Source: Octopus vulgaris (taxonomy: Eukaryota). Taken from it: a stretch of DNA of 64,000 nt. The translations under genes and the position numbers were made by a program. The stretch covers positions 122,760,001 to 122,824,000 of the forward strand of contig OX597820.1 of the NCBI GenBank assembly GCA_951406725.2, read 5' to 3'. This document shows positions 12,667 to 26,068 of this stretch, piece by piece. The stretch's first letter is position 1. Every line of letters starts with the position of its first letter. The notes below the pieces were generated by a model, which was not told the origin of the DNA, made no database searches, and saw only the letters and a list, made by a program, of their open reading frames with translations.

Positions 12667-13219
12667 TACAATCAATATACATATGTATTATTGATACATT
12701 GATTTCTCACATTGTTAAAAGGTTTCGAATCTGAGGAGGGAAGAACCGATTGAATTACTCCAAGTACAATACATCGTACTTATTTTATGAATAACCTAGC
12801 GAACAAAAGGGGAAATCGTTTCTAGCCGTATTTGAATCCATTGAACTAGATATTGCAAAGCAATCCAGCCGAAAAACGGGAAAACGTTTTCAATATCAGG
12901 AGCGAATTGTTATTCTCGGTATTGAGAAAAATAACGAATATTAAAATTTAAAAATTGATATGCATGCTGGTTATAATAAATTGATATTTTGACCTGAAAG
13001 CTTAAACGGTTTTTCTCATCTGAATATTCCAAAATTTTGGTAGTTAGCGTACATTTTTCCGTAGACCAAATGTTACCCTTGTAATCTCGACAAACTGTGA
13101 CGGCTGTGTTTATCTCTACAAATTTGGAGGTAATTCAGCAACATATATGACTGATTCACCCGTGTCCCTTTCCCTACATAAGACCAAGGCTGTATAGATA
13201 TTAGAGCATTTATAGATAA

Positions 13220-13272
13220 GTCTTACAGCTGTTTCTAGGATATTAAATAAATATTATCCCTTCATCGGAGAC
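13220..13272 (-). ncRNA. minimal type I hammerhead ribozyme-like motif (variant core CCGAUGA) in a probable Penelope-like fragment
   Basis: Minus strand reads gtct-CCGATGA-a gggata..tatcct a-GAAA-c agct g-TA-agac. Helix I is gtct/agac, helix II is paired and the helix III loop is the palindrome AGCT. Confidence 0.6.
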
Positions 13273-13644
13273 GGTGTGAGAGGAAAAATTACGTCATAGT
13301 TAGTTTCGATGTGATACAAATAGAGAGTGAGGTGGAGGAAAGAAAATAGATGTAAGATATGTATGGGTATTGAAGTTGTAAATCCGTTTTATAGGCATAA
13401 TGGTATATATGTTATTATTCCAATATCCTTTGAGTAAAATCCAAAAGTCCAACAGAGTTTAATATGAGTCCTTCCAAATATAGAGTTTATAAGCAATGTA
13501 AGATTCCCTTATGAGTGAGATTCAACAGAGAAGTATCATTATGTATATAAATGTAATTCACCTTATTTGAAACCAGGTTGATCAGCGTCAATGCATGAAA
13601 ATCTCGGTCCTTGAGTCACTCTGTAACTTTTGCCAATAATTAAT

Positions 13645-14226
13645 AACCACTTCTGTTCTAGGCACAAGGTCCGAAATTACGTGTGGGAGAGGGCCAGTCG
13701 CTTACCCTAACCCAGGACGCAACTGGTACTTGATTTATTGACTTCGAAGTGATGAAATGCAAAGTCGATCTCGGTGGCATTTGAAATCAGAACGTAAAGA
13801 CAGACGAAATACCTATTTCTTTACTACCCACAAGGGGCTAAACACAGAAGGGACAAACAAGGACAGACAAACGGATTAAGTCGATTATATCGACCCCAGT
13901 GCGTAACTGGTACTTATTTCATCGACCCCGAAAGGATGAAAGGCAAAGTCGACCTCGCCGGAATTTGAACTCAGGACGTAGTGGCAGACGAAATACCTAT
14001 TTCTTTACTACCCACAAGAGGCTAAACATAGAGGGGACAAACAAGAACAGACAAACGGATTAAGTCGATTACATCGACCCCCTGTGCGTAACTGGTACTT
14101 ATGTAATCGACTCCGAAAGGATGAAAGGCAAAGTCGACCTCGGCGGAATTTGAACTCAGGACGTAAGGGCAGACGAAATACGGCTACGCATTTCGCCCGG
14201 CGTGGTAACGTGCCAGTTCGCCGCCT
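13645..14226 (-). mobile_element. trimeric head-to-tail SINE family C structure
   Basis: Three body copies share one head (near 14226) and are joined at GACGAAATAC|CTATTTCTTTACTACCC at about 13812 and 13996. Confidence 0.88.
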
Positions 14227-14906
14227 CCGATTATTAATAATAAAGATGAATGTGTATACATGTTTTGATTTGTCTTTTGCTGTTTGCATCCCCAAACCAA
14301 CATAAATAATAAGACTATTAAATGATAAAACGACTCCAGTTAAAATTGGTTTGCATTTAGTAGAACAAACTGGGACTAAACAACAACAACAACAGCAACT
14401 ACTACTACTGCTACTAATGCTGCTGCTTCTTTGAGGAACCAACAAATGAGTCGCAAAGTGGTTACGAGATATTTCACAAATATCAACTAAATCTAATGAA
14501 GAAATCATTATTAAAATGGAAGAAGAACAATTTAATAAAAGGTTTGATTGTCATTGTCAGAAAAGCATTCATCTATCTGAACAGCGCCGATCTACGGCTA
14601 GACAAGAAGAAGAACAACAACAATGACAGAAATAGCAAACATAACGGTGATACCGAATGTAAGAGAAACGAAGGAAGAATGTTGAACGATGAAACCGACT
14701 CCTCCAACAGCATTAATCCGGTTCCCTGCTGTTTCTTCCCATTCCAACACTATTTTCAAAAAGCGAAACTTTAGGTTTTTCTTTAACTTATCACGTTTCA
14801 ACATTCTTTCCTACAAACAAGCAGAGTGTGTTCTAAGAAATTTAAATTCAAGAAGAAAGCTAGAATTTCTCTCTGGTTTACATTTTTGACAGACGTATAA
14901 TTCATG

Positions 14907-15290
14907 GGATCTTTTCGGTTTGAACGTAACTAAACACTTTTAAACTTCGTATACTTGTAGAATGTGTTTATAAAACATCTTTTTCTCTTGGCTTTATTGA
15001 GAAAATTCTATAGTTTGTAAGATATTTGTTGTTTTTTTCTTCAATTTCTGCAATTTCAACCAATCACTGACGTCTATTGAGGCGAAAACATTCTTTTTCG
15101 TATGAAAATGTCCCTCGTTTAAGAAACAGATTTGGTTTATTTACATTTCTGAAGAAAAAAAGATACCCTTCCCCCACCCCTAACCCTAAAATAGACTGAA
15201 ATGCAATAGATCAATACTAAGATCATAATTATGGGTGACAATTTCATATGACACTGCTAGAAAAAAATGCCGTTCAAACCGAAAAGATCG
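14907..15290. mobile_element. MITE, second copy of the 11707-12113 family in opposite orientation
   Basis: Same TIR, with the internal sequence reverse-complemented. A terminal fragment also lies at about 16340-16391. Confidence 0.85.
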
Positions 15291-16721
15291 CATGAGGGAT
15301 AATTAGGGGTAAAATCGTTAAAAATAAAAAGACAAATTGTTTAATTTGTTCCTTGTTTTGTTTTGAGGACCGTTGTTCTGAAATGGTCTCTTTCCTTTGG
15401 TAGGGTTGCTAAATATATGTTAAAAGCAAACATAATTATTTGAGTGTTATGTGAAAAAGAGTTTCTATTAAAGAACTTACAAAGTTGCTCGTTTGACCGA
15501 AGGGACGGCGGCCACCAGAGTTTGCTATATTTATGAAAAAAAAAAAGACTATATGCAGTACATGTGTATCAAATTTCTGTTTTATACATGTGTTTATCAT
15601 TGTGTGTTACGTTTTAACAAATACTGGTTAACCAAAAAAGAAAAAGAATAAATGATCAGTATAAAAATATTTAAAAACAGTATTCTTACATGAGCCCTTT
15701 CCCTCGTCGGACGGGATGTAAACCCCTTGTATTCCGCATGTGTGATTGTCTGTGACAGAAAAAATAAGAAAAAGAAGTCCAATTAAGAATAAGATTTTTC
15801 TGTCTGATTGCAAATGGAAAAATAATTATTTTTAAAAGAAACCGCACAACATCAAAAAAAAAAAAAAATCGGTACGAATGAAAATGATGAATTATTTAAT
15901 AAACTTACACTGTTTTTGGAAAGCTTTGAAATATTTCTAAAGGTCCCATTAGAACCTTGTCGACTGGGAGACAACTAAGTTAATTCAGAAGAAATAAAAC
16001 GAAAAAAAAAAAAACAATAGCATAATGAAGAAGATGATAAAAGAGTGTTTTTCTTTTTTTTCTTTTGTCATTAAATTTCCGATGCCCCCCTCCCCGTGGC
16101 CCAATCGTAAAACATTCTTTGCCTACGTAGCCACTCTTCAGCACCAGTTAGACGCTAAAAAGTAACATACAAATGAAAGGTTACGTTGTGATGACGATAA
16201 ACGAAAAAAAGGATGCATGGTGATTATAAGAAAGTTTCTTCAACAGAACCGCATCCTTAAATAATTTAACTATGAAATCAAATTAAAAGACAGCAACACG
16301 CAAAAAATGTAAAATAAAAAGCCAAACCTCGGGGTCGAATTTTTAGTTACTTAGAAATTATGTTAAAAACTGCCGTTCAAACCGAAAAGATGCTATGAAC
16401 GTCTTATGTTGGCGAAGAAACAATAACTTGAGAAAAGGTGGAAAAAAGCAATGTGCTTCAAAAATTATTAAAAATAGGGGTGTGGAGTTATTTCTCTGAC
16501 GGGTAATAGGAATTTCCTTATCCTCCGAGGAAACGAACTGTTGACCAGTAGAATTATAATTCATTTTAATAAAAGCATCAATTTTCAAAAGAAAGAAAAA
16601 AAATAAAGCAATAACAAATGAAAATTTAGCACGAAAAATGTGCAGGGTTCTAAATAAATGTTCAAATGTAATAGACCCAAATATAGACGGCGAATTAAAA
16701 TAAAAGCACAGTTCAGATATA

Positions 16722-17079
16722 GGTGCCGGTGCGCGCACCCATGCATCCGCGCTAGCTAGTCGTAAGTAGTCGATCCTACAACGACTTGCGAGTATGTTTG
16801 TATATCAAGGCTGAATACATATCAAAGAAAATTAAATAATATTTTTCGAACAAAGTAAATAAATTTTTTAAAACAATGTATATAATTTTTTTACATCAAT
16901 TAAATATTTTTTGAACAAAGTAAATAAAATGCAAAGTAAATAATGTTTTAAACTAAGTAAATAAATTATTTTTATAAACAAACTAAGGTTAGTGTTAGGG
17001 TTAAACAGTCGTTGTAGGATCGACTACTAACGACTAGCTAGTGTGGATGCGCGAGTGCGTGAGTGCGCGCACCGGAACC
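16722..17079. mobile_element. MITE with ~65-bp GC-rich imperfect TIRs
   Basis: GGTGCCGGTGCGCGCAC...AGTCGATCCTACAACGACT is mirrored by AGTCGTTGTAGGATCGACT...GTGCGCGCACCGGAACC. AT-rich interior, no clear TSD. Confidence 0.8.
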
Positions 17080-17547
17080 ACTGTTCGCTAGCAGTACCAT
17101 AAACGTGCATTAAAAATTGAAATTGCAGTAGGTTAAGTAATACAGGAACTGGAAAAAGATTGTTAAAATAATCGACTCATGAAATTTGTAGTGCGTTGAT
17201 CGGGTAAATCGTTTTAGGCATATTGAAAAGCAAATCTGAAAAATAAAAAATTTTGAAACCAAAAAATGATTTGGTTTACAATGAGAAAACGAATAAAATA
17301 GTTAAGAAGTAAATATTTCAAAAATGGAAAATGTTTTCAAATTTACCGACAAATTTTTGTTAACGACGGTTGCCTTGAGAATACAAATCAATTCTTTTAA
17401 AGGGTATAATGTTTCTCAGCACAGCAAATCTTTTATCCACGCAAAATAATAATGTATCTGATAAATAATATCTGTTATAATTGTGCAGTGGTGGTGGGCG
17501 ATAATAATTCACCTTTCTGAAAGAGATTGTGGAGGGGAAGGGGGGAA

Positions 17548-17579
<32 letters not shown>

Positions 17580-17860
17580 GGAGGAAGACAGGAGGTTGGA
17601 CACCCTGCGGGATTAAAAATAGGACCCGTCAAAGGGTGGAGGAACTCCAGAACAGTCAACGGCCATCCAACAAAATATCTGTAATTAAGTATATATCTTT
17701 CTTTTTCTTATATGTATATATATGTATATTTTTACTTTTATATACATATTATTTATATTTTTCAATTGCATATCTTTTAAATTTTGTTATATTTATATAT
17801 ATTATTTATATTTAATTCTTATTCACAAATCTTACCTTTTTTTTTATATATGTATATATG

Positions 17861-17892
<32 letters not shown>

Positions 17893-18003
17893 AATTAACA
17901 ATTGAGGATAAAATCTTTAAAAGAAATTATCAGTAGTCAGCGTGAAAAACCTCGTAAGAGAAAAAATCCGTAAATTCTTCCTCTTTGAAAATATTCATTT
18001 ATA

Positions 18004-18063
<60 letters not shown>

Positions 18064-18393
18064 ATCTACCTAGAAGGAAATCTCCGAAATAAAACCCGAG
18101 GCCTTGGAAGTTCTTGGTCTTGCCAATTTTCATGCAACAACGGCAATAGGTGGGGATAGTGTAGTGCAATCTACACCCACTGAAAATTACTCATCTGCAC
18201 AGGTACTTCCTGAACACCAAATCTTAGTAAAATCATTGAATTGGTTGGTTGGCAGACACCTACAAACGCACTTGTAACATAATCTAAAATGCTTCAAACA
18301 GATTCAGTAAATAGCAAAAAAGGCTTGGGAACGTCAGGGGAACACATCTTGCTCGGCACATGTCCCAGGGCATCACAGGCTGTTACATCCTTG

Positions 18394-18436
<43 letters not shown>

Positions 18437-18441
<5 letters not shown>

Positions 18442-18780
18442 AGTGGATGTATGGTAAGTAGTTTGTTTACCAACAACATGGTTCCGGGTTCAGTCCGACC
18501 AAAAGCCTTGTGAGTGGATTTGGTAGACGGAAACTGAAAGAAGCCCGCCGTTTATATAAGTGTTTGTGTGTATTTGTGTGTCTGTGCATGCCCCTCCCCA
18601 CCATCGCTTGACAACCGATGCTGGTGTGTTTACGTCTCCATAACTTAGCGACTCGACAAATGAGACGGATAGAATAAGTACTAGGCTTACAAAGAATAAG
18701 TCGTGGGGTCGATTTCTTCGTGAAAAGGCTGTGCTGAAGCACGGCCGCAGTCAAATGACTGAAGCAAGTAAAAGAATAAC
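18437..18780 (+). mobile_element. SINE family A, internally deleted copy
   Basis: Homologous to 4932-5380 but lacking the CTTGGGCAAG segment. Confidence 0.85.
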
Positions 18781-18842
18781 AGAATATATATGTGTGTGCA
18801 CGTGTGTGCGTGTGCCCCTGTTTGACTCACCTGCTCTCTCTT

Positions 18843-18874
<32 letters not shown>

Positions 18875-18889
18875 CATATATATATACAC

Positions 18890-18970
<81 letters not shown>

Positions 18971-19094
18971 TATATACATATATATATATATGCATATATA
19001 TATATATAAATATATATATATATTATGTATTTACATATACGTTTGCATAGATGCATATATGTGTACACATGTATGTATACATGTACACACACAC

Positions 19095-19145
<51 letters not shown>

Positions 19146-19494
19146 AACACACACACATACACACAGATGTATCTACACTTTGAATTCTGTATGAACCTGT
19201 TCTCAGTAGAAATAAAATGCATAATACTATTCAGGCATGCGCATACATTCACACAAACACATACATTCACACACACAGGCATACATACCACCAAAGGAAT
19301 ATTTCGAGGCAGCCCCGTACATCACTAATTGACATCCAGCAGAAACCTACATTGCTTTGTATTAAGTTGGTAAACAACTACGAACATTCCAAGAGAACTG
19401 CGTCTGCAAGAATTGCTAATCTTGTTGTTGGTGTTGTTGCTCGTGAAAGATAATGACGATGAGGTTAAGGAGAGAAAGAAAAACAGGCTGCTGA

Positions 19495-19830
19495 TGGAGA
19501 TGGGGGCGGGGCGGGCGGGGGATAGAGATTCGAGATGATGCGGGATGTGGAGTGTGTTTTTGATTTTGTTTTGTATGGGTGGCGGCATTTGTGATGATTT
19601 ATAAGAGTAAGACCTAATTGTTTATTAAGACAATCAGCGTAATAGTTTGAAGAAAACAGAGCGGAGCCAATTAATAAAGAACGAACAGCGAAAATACTTA
19701 CGATCCGCCATTCCGCCGCCGCCGCCCTCCCCCCCCCCCTTCCAGCCGTCCGCTCAAAATATACGGTTTGCGTGTTTACACGTTGCGCATAGTTACGTCT
19801 TTCTTTAGGCCCAAGCGCGCGCACACACAG
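19495..19830. promoter_or_regulatory. CpG/GC-rich promoter-like island
   Basis: GC box GGGGCGGGGC at 19503-19512, CCAAT at 19667-19671, YY1-like CCGCCATT at 19705-19712 and a (CCG)n run, all within otherwise AT-rich DNA. Motif evidence only. Confidence 0.4.
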
Positions 19831-19899
<69 letters not shown>

Positions 19900-19989
19900 T
19901 ACAGCCAAAGGCAAACATACCTATGCGTGTCAGTTTATACCCGAGAATGGAGCTTTATACGTCAATATATTTGTGTGTGTATGTTTGTA

Positions 19990-20177
19990 TATATATTTTC
20001 ATATACATATACATACACACATACATACATACATGCATATATACATACATACATACATATATATATACATGCATATAAATATACATACATGCATATATAT
20101 ATACATATATACATATACATATATACATATATACATATATATACATATATATATACATACATACATATACATACATA

Positions 20178-20209
<32 letters not shown>

Positions 20210-20356
20210 AATATATATATACATACATACATATATATATATATACATACATATATACATACATACATATATACATACATACATATATATATATATATAG
20301 ATAGATATATATATATATATATAATGCATACACTCACACGCACGCACCCAAGCAAC

Positions 20357-20445
<89 letters not shown>

Positions 20446-20460
20446 GACAGATAGATTGAT
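19990..20460. repeat. (TACA)n/(TA)n/(GA)n microsatellites
   Basis: Directly visible. Confidence 0.95.
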
Positions 20461-21841
20461 AGATGTATATCTATGCATACATACACACACACATATTTAA
20501 ATATACATCCATCATATATGTATGCATGTACATGCATATATGCATATTTATATGCATAGATATATGTATATAAATGCATACTGTGCACACACGCGCATAC
20601 ACGTACACACATCCACAGACACAAGCATATAAACTCATTATTGTTTTGGATTCAGTTTCATCATTCATGGATGAATAGAGAATTGAGAGTGAGATCTGTT
20701 TGGATTAATTAGCCAAGCTATTTCGGTCGGCCACTGGAAGTAGGTTACAGTAATATGACAGAGCAACCCTAGAAATACATCTGTAATACCCCACCATCAG
20801 CATTTAGAAAAACACTTTACACTCGACACAGCCAAAAATAACACAACATTGCTCATATCTGATTTGGAACTTGGAGGAAAAGTATCCGTGATCGTAACAA
20901 TATATATGTTTTACTTTCTGATAAGAAAATATGGTCTCTTCTCGTTGTAGAAACTTAAATACGGTTGATACCATCCTTCGTTGTTCTCAATCTTCTGCAA
21001 ACTTATCCTTCCGATGCCGACCCCATATTTACCCAACAAATAAATGAGAACTAGCAACTGAAACCTCTCCAATATTCTGCCATTTGGTCAGGATCATGAA
21101 GATCTAGTTATATATTTAATACAACCCCGAAAGAGTCTGTACTTTTATTAAGAAAACGCATGTACAACAAATCTATTCTCTCCCAAGAACAATTTACAAA
21201 CAATTCTTAATTCTCTTAAATTATGATTAACTTTTATGACCACACGCATTTAAAAGAGCAAAGACTGTATAGGAGTGGTTAGGCTTCTTCCCTAAGACCA
21301 GAAAATATGTGAACCCTAAAACGTTTTCTGGCAATTTGCAACCAACAGACATGTGTTATATAATATTATACTATAGCAGTTTGAATTCCTCTGCATTTGC
21401 ATGCAACCTATATATAGACCCACACTTAGACGGTTAACCCTTCCTCTCTCTCCCTCTATCTCTTTCTCTCCCTCTATCTCTTTCTCTCCCTCTCTCTCTC
21501 TCCCTCTCTTATGTAACTCATCTCTAACGTCTCTACTAGAAGCATTTTGTACTTATTGTTCAGATTCATATCTGTAGTGTTTTGGGACTTCGAAGGTCAC
21601 ATTACCTCCAAAATTTTAAATGACAAATGTTCATGTTTTGATATCACTAACACTGCTCATATCAATTTATTGGCCGTTCGCTAGAGCTGTCTGCAAAACT
21701 GTGATGGCTACCTATAACGCCTCGATCTCGTCTCGTGGGCATAATCGATAAAGTCGAGCTCGGAAGGATTGAAACTCAAAGATTAGAAATGTGAAATTAA
21801 ATACTAATTCGCTGAACTATACCTTCAGCCATTGCACTACC

Positions 21842-22059
21842 TATTTCTTTATTACCCACAAGGGGCTAAACACAGAGGGAACAAACAAGGACAAACATAG
21901 GTATTAAGTCGATTACATCGACCCCAGTGCGTAACTGGTACTTAATTTATCGACCCCGAAAGGATGAAAGGCAAAGTCGACCTCGGCGGAATTTGAACTC
22001 ACAACGTAACGCAGACGAAATACCGCTAAGCATTTCGCCCGGCGTGCTAACGTTTCTGC
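21842..22059 (-). mobile_element. 5'-truncated SINE family C copy with long TSD
   Basis: CAGCCATTGCACTACC flanks both sides (about 21826-21841 and 22060-22075). Confidence 0.88.
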
Positions 22060-22611
22060 CAGCCATTGCACTACCATCAAAAACCATTTACGACATCGGT
22101 TAACGCAATAAAGAGAACAATATAATAGTATTTATAAATTCCTCACAAAGTTCCACTTCGTAAGTGAGAGGTGGTCCATTACTGGAGACATTTAATGGAC
22201 GGTGGAGTAACAGTGGAATAATTTAGCCTCTCCCTCTCCGCTTTCATCTTCCCTTTACAAGTAAAGTTGAAAAGTTGATAAGGATTTAACGAAAAAGGGA
22301 ATCCTCTCTCCTCGTAGAATACTGGTCCCTAGGCGAAGGTCCTCCGGAAAGAATTAGCTACTTCGTTTCCGCCAATGACCAGAGGTTCCCGGAAGTAGCG
22401 TTACTTTTCTCCACTATTAATCTTTTATTGATTGCTAAAGTGGAACGTTTAGTTATCATTTTGCGCGAATTGTGGGCGGATGTGTGCAGTTGTGCATTTT
22501 ACGACAATCTTGATGCCTGTCTCCTAGTCTTGATCTTTGCTTCATCCAGGTTTGCAGTTTTGTCAAGGCAACAATCGAACAGTAGATAGACATACCTTGT
22601 GTACAGCGCCC

Positions 22612-22735
22612 ACATCATCATCATCATCATTGTTCGACCGTGGTCGAGACAATGGAATTTACCATGCTGCGCCAGACTTCACGGTCCATCATGGCCCACA
22701 TTGTACACCATCTAAGAACATCTCTACGTGATGCA
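22612..22735 (-). mobile_element. short 3' end of an RTE-type LINE with (GAT)n tail
   Basis: Minus strand encodes AMMDREVWRSMVNSIVSTTVEQ* followed by a TGA repeat tail. Confidence 0.55.
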
Positions 22736-23749
22736 GCCTCAGCACATTCCTGCACATCAGCACGCACAACATATCCAACCGACCATACAGAGGATACTGG
22801 CTGACCAGTGGAACACGTTCCGTCTACAGGACATTTTACAGTAAAGACTACATTATGATCAAGTGATAAGGGCAAAGCAGGTGATTAACAATAACGGACG
22901 TGATGTACGCGTTCGCCGCCTCTACCCGAGATTCTGTTATGAGTCAGGAATGAAGCACTTATGCTGTTAGGGGCAATTATTGCCAATCTGTAATACATAT
23001 AGGGGAGGAGACAAGATCGTGAAGAGAACTGAGAAATGCAACCGAGGTTTCTCCACCGAAAACATCGGTGTCGATTGAATAAGCGAACAGTGTGTATGTG
23101 TAGTAGGGTGAGGAATTGTGAATTTTGTTGTCATAGGAATCCATGACTTTGGAAAGGGGTAAAGGAAGATGTATTCTGCAGTAGAGGAGATATGAACAAA
23201 GAGATAAAGTAGACTCTGGGAGTTAGGAGAGAGATTAGAGTTCATGGATGCATTTGGCTGGGAACGGCTGATGGAATGAAGAAAGCTTTGATACAGAATA
23301 TGTATGAAGGATATTTGAAAAGTACAATGATAACATAAATACAATAATGAAATAATAAGATATTAATATAAAGATTAAAAGGTCCACATCCATCAATCAG
23401 TGTACCTCTACATTCTTGATTTAACTAAAATCTATTTGATTCCGGTATTGTTTATAGCTGGATATTCCAAAATTCATTCGTGAGAGCCTCTGGGTTTATA
23501 AAGTAAAAAGTGGAAGTATAACAATTTATGCGGCCCCATTTTCTTCTTGATCCATTATCTGTCAATGGTTCTGAGCCTTATTCTTCTTCCCATGATATCA
23601 GTTCTCCTTCACGGTGCATGAATACTTCCTCATTGGAAAACGTTTCCTCGTCATACACCTCAATTCATATTTTTATAGTTTTATTATTTCTTTTTTAATA
23701 CATTGGGCCCTTTATTGTGACTTGTTCATTTAGGTTGATTGCTCATCAC

Positions 23750-24560
23750 AATCGCCCCACGATGGTACTCATCGTCGTAAGCAGGTTGTACTTCTTTGCT
23801 TTTAGTTCACAGGATAATTTCATTTAGCAGCTCACGAGCTGTTGTATTAACGGTGCAACCATTCACAATTCCTCTTGTTTCTTTTGCCCTCTTTGTACAG
23901 AAGTACAAAAGCACTTAAATTGGTTTTGCTCCCACATGTGAAATAGCTGGGTCATTTACATACGGTGCAACTTTTAACGTCTTCCTTCAACAGATCCGTT
24001 TGATAGTCAGATATGTGCAATTGGGAATCCACAGTAACCTACTCTCGACTACACATCGTCAAATGTTTCATCTACACTGACCACCGGCCTATGTTGTGCC
24101 ATAAAGGTGACAACCAATCTGGGAACAAGACAGTCATAGATGTTCCTGATAATAACCCACCGGTTTCTCCGGGGACAGCTTAAATGTACGTGTGCAAACT
24201 ATTGAGACTCGGGCTTTCTCCGCCAACTCTGTTTCAACAGCAACCTACATCATGTTGTATATCGCACTCTCCAAATGAAAAATATTTCATTTGAAATATT
24301 TTCCAGGTCTGTCTTCAACTCTTGTTTAGATGGAACAAGGAATCTTCTTGTATCCGTAGTAATGCTCAGGTAAGTTACATTTCTCCTCTTTCACACACCT
24401 GTGTTACGTTATGATAACCTGATGTTTGTTCTATTTCTCCTTCAGAATTTTCGCACTTTCAACAAAATGTTTCATGTTAGAGGATTTAGTGTTGCAAAGA
24501 AAGTTTGTTAAGCATGGCGTTCGGTTAATCACATTTGTATTTCCCATAATGTGGACATGC
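23750..24560 (-). mobile_element. possible highly degenerate Mutator-like transposase remnant
   Basis: One minus-strand stretch reads FMAQHRPVVSVDETF, resembling the RPVISVDGTF motif of MULE transposases. Many stops, no other motif recognised. Confidence 0.25.
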
Positions 24561-24615
24561 CTAACGTTGTTGTTGTTGTTGACAACACGGCTATTCAATG
24601 TATCTAGGTCCGATA

Positions 24616-24800
24616 AGGCGGCGAGCAGGCAGAATCCTTAACTGGGCAAAATGCATTTCGTCTATTTTTACCTTCCGAGTTCCAATTCCGTTGAGGTCGA
24701 CTTTGCCTTTGATTCTTTCAATAAAATAAACTCCAGCTGAGCACCGGGTTCGATGTAATCGATTAGTTCCTTCTCCTCCTAACTTCCTGGCCTTCAGCTA
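24616..24800 (+). mobile_element. diverged SINE family C copy
   Basis: GGCGGCGAGCAGGCAGAATC...GAGGTCGACTTTGCCTTT. Confidence 0.75.
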
Positions 24801-25165
24801 AAACATATCACCAATATATTTAAAATCGATGTTAAAAATTTAGTGATTCATTTTATTTTAGTTCACAATTAACTTTAATATTTTACTTTGCAATTAAACT
24901 AAGGTTCTTTCTATTTGCTTGTGAGAGGTGGGTGAATTATGCCGTTTCTTTAAAAAGTTTCGTTGATGTGTCGGAAATACCGCTAAGCATTTCGTCTGGT
25001 GAGCTATTCTGTCAGCTAACATTATTGTTATTGTTGTTGTACTTGTTGTTGTTGTTCTTGTTCTTCTTTTCCTCTTCTTCTTCTTCTTCTTCTTCTTGTT
25101 ATTATTATAATTATTATTATTATTATTATTATTATTAGTAGTAGTAGTAGAAGTAGTAGTAATGA

Positions 25166-25227
<62 letters not shown>

Positions 25228-26020
25228 ATAATAATAATAATAATAATAATGATAATAATAATAATAATTGATAAGAATGGCTGCTTTTCTATTATTATGG
25301 TTTACTAAATATTTAGAAACAATTGGCATCAGTGATTCGAATTGTTGCAAGAAGAGAGAGGGAGAGTGAGGGAGGGAGGTGGAGAGAGAGAGAGAAGTTG
25401 TGAGAGGGCATGACGGAGAGGAGAGAGGTGGGAATGAGAGAGAAAGGTGGTAAGTTTATGAAATACTGGGGAAAACAAACACCAAATGATATAGAACAAA
25501 ATGAATGAATGAAAAAAATAATAACATTAGCATGCCATAGTTAAATGTCAATATGGTTGTTATTAAATTTGTAAATCTGTCTGAAGAAAAGAAAAAAAAA
25601 AAAACATAAGTAATGCTGACAAATGTAAGTGCTTTAATGTTGAAGATGTCTGCTCTGAAAATATGTGCCAATATTGCTGATGAGCCGACGATTTGATGAT
25701 GATGAGAAAATGACGGCTAGATATAAATAACAATAAAATGTATAATACTAAAAGCTGGTGGGAATTGATCGGCATTGTTGGGATCGATATATGTAGTTAG
25801 GATATTTTGAGGAAAGTGTCAGTATGTCAGATGTGAACAGATGCATTTTGGCGAACAGATTCATATTGAAGAGAGAATTACGTAAAGGTTTATAACTTCA
25901 TACGAAGACACGTGTATACGGCTCCACCTACCCTCGCCAAAAACGTACAATCTGAAAGCATTGACTGCAAGTAATACACACAAGTATTTGGAGGGTAAGA
26001 GCATAAAGGGACAGTATACA

Positions 26021-26068
<48 letters not shown>

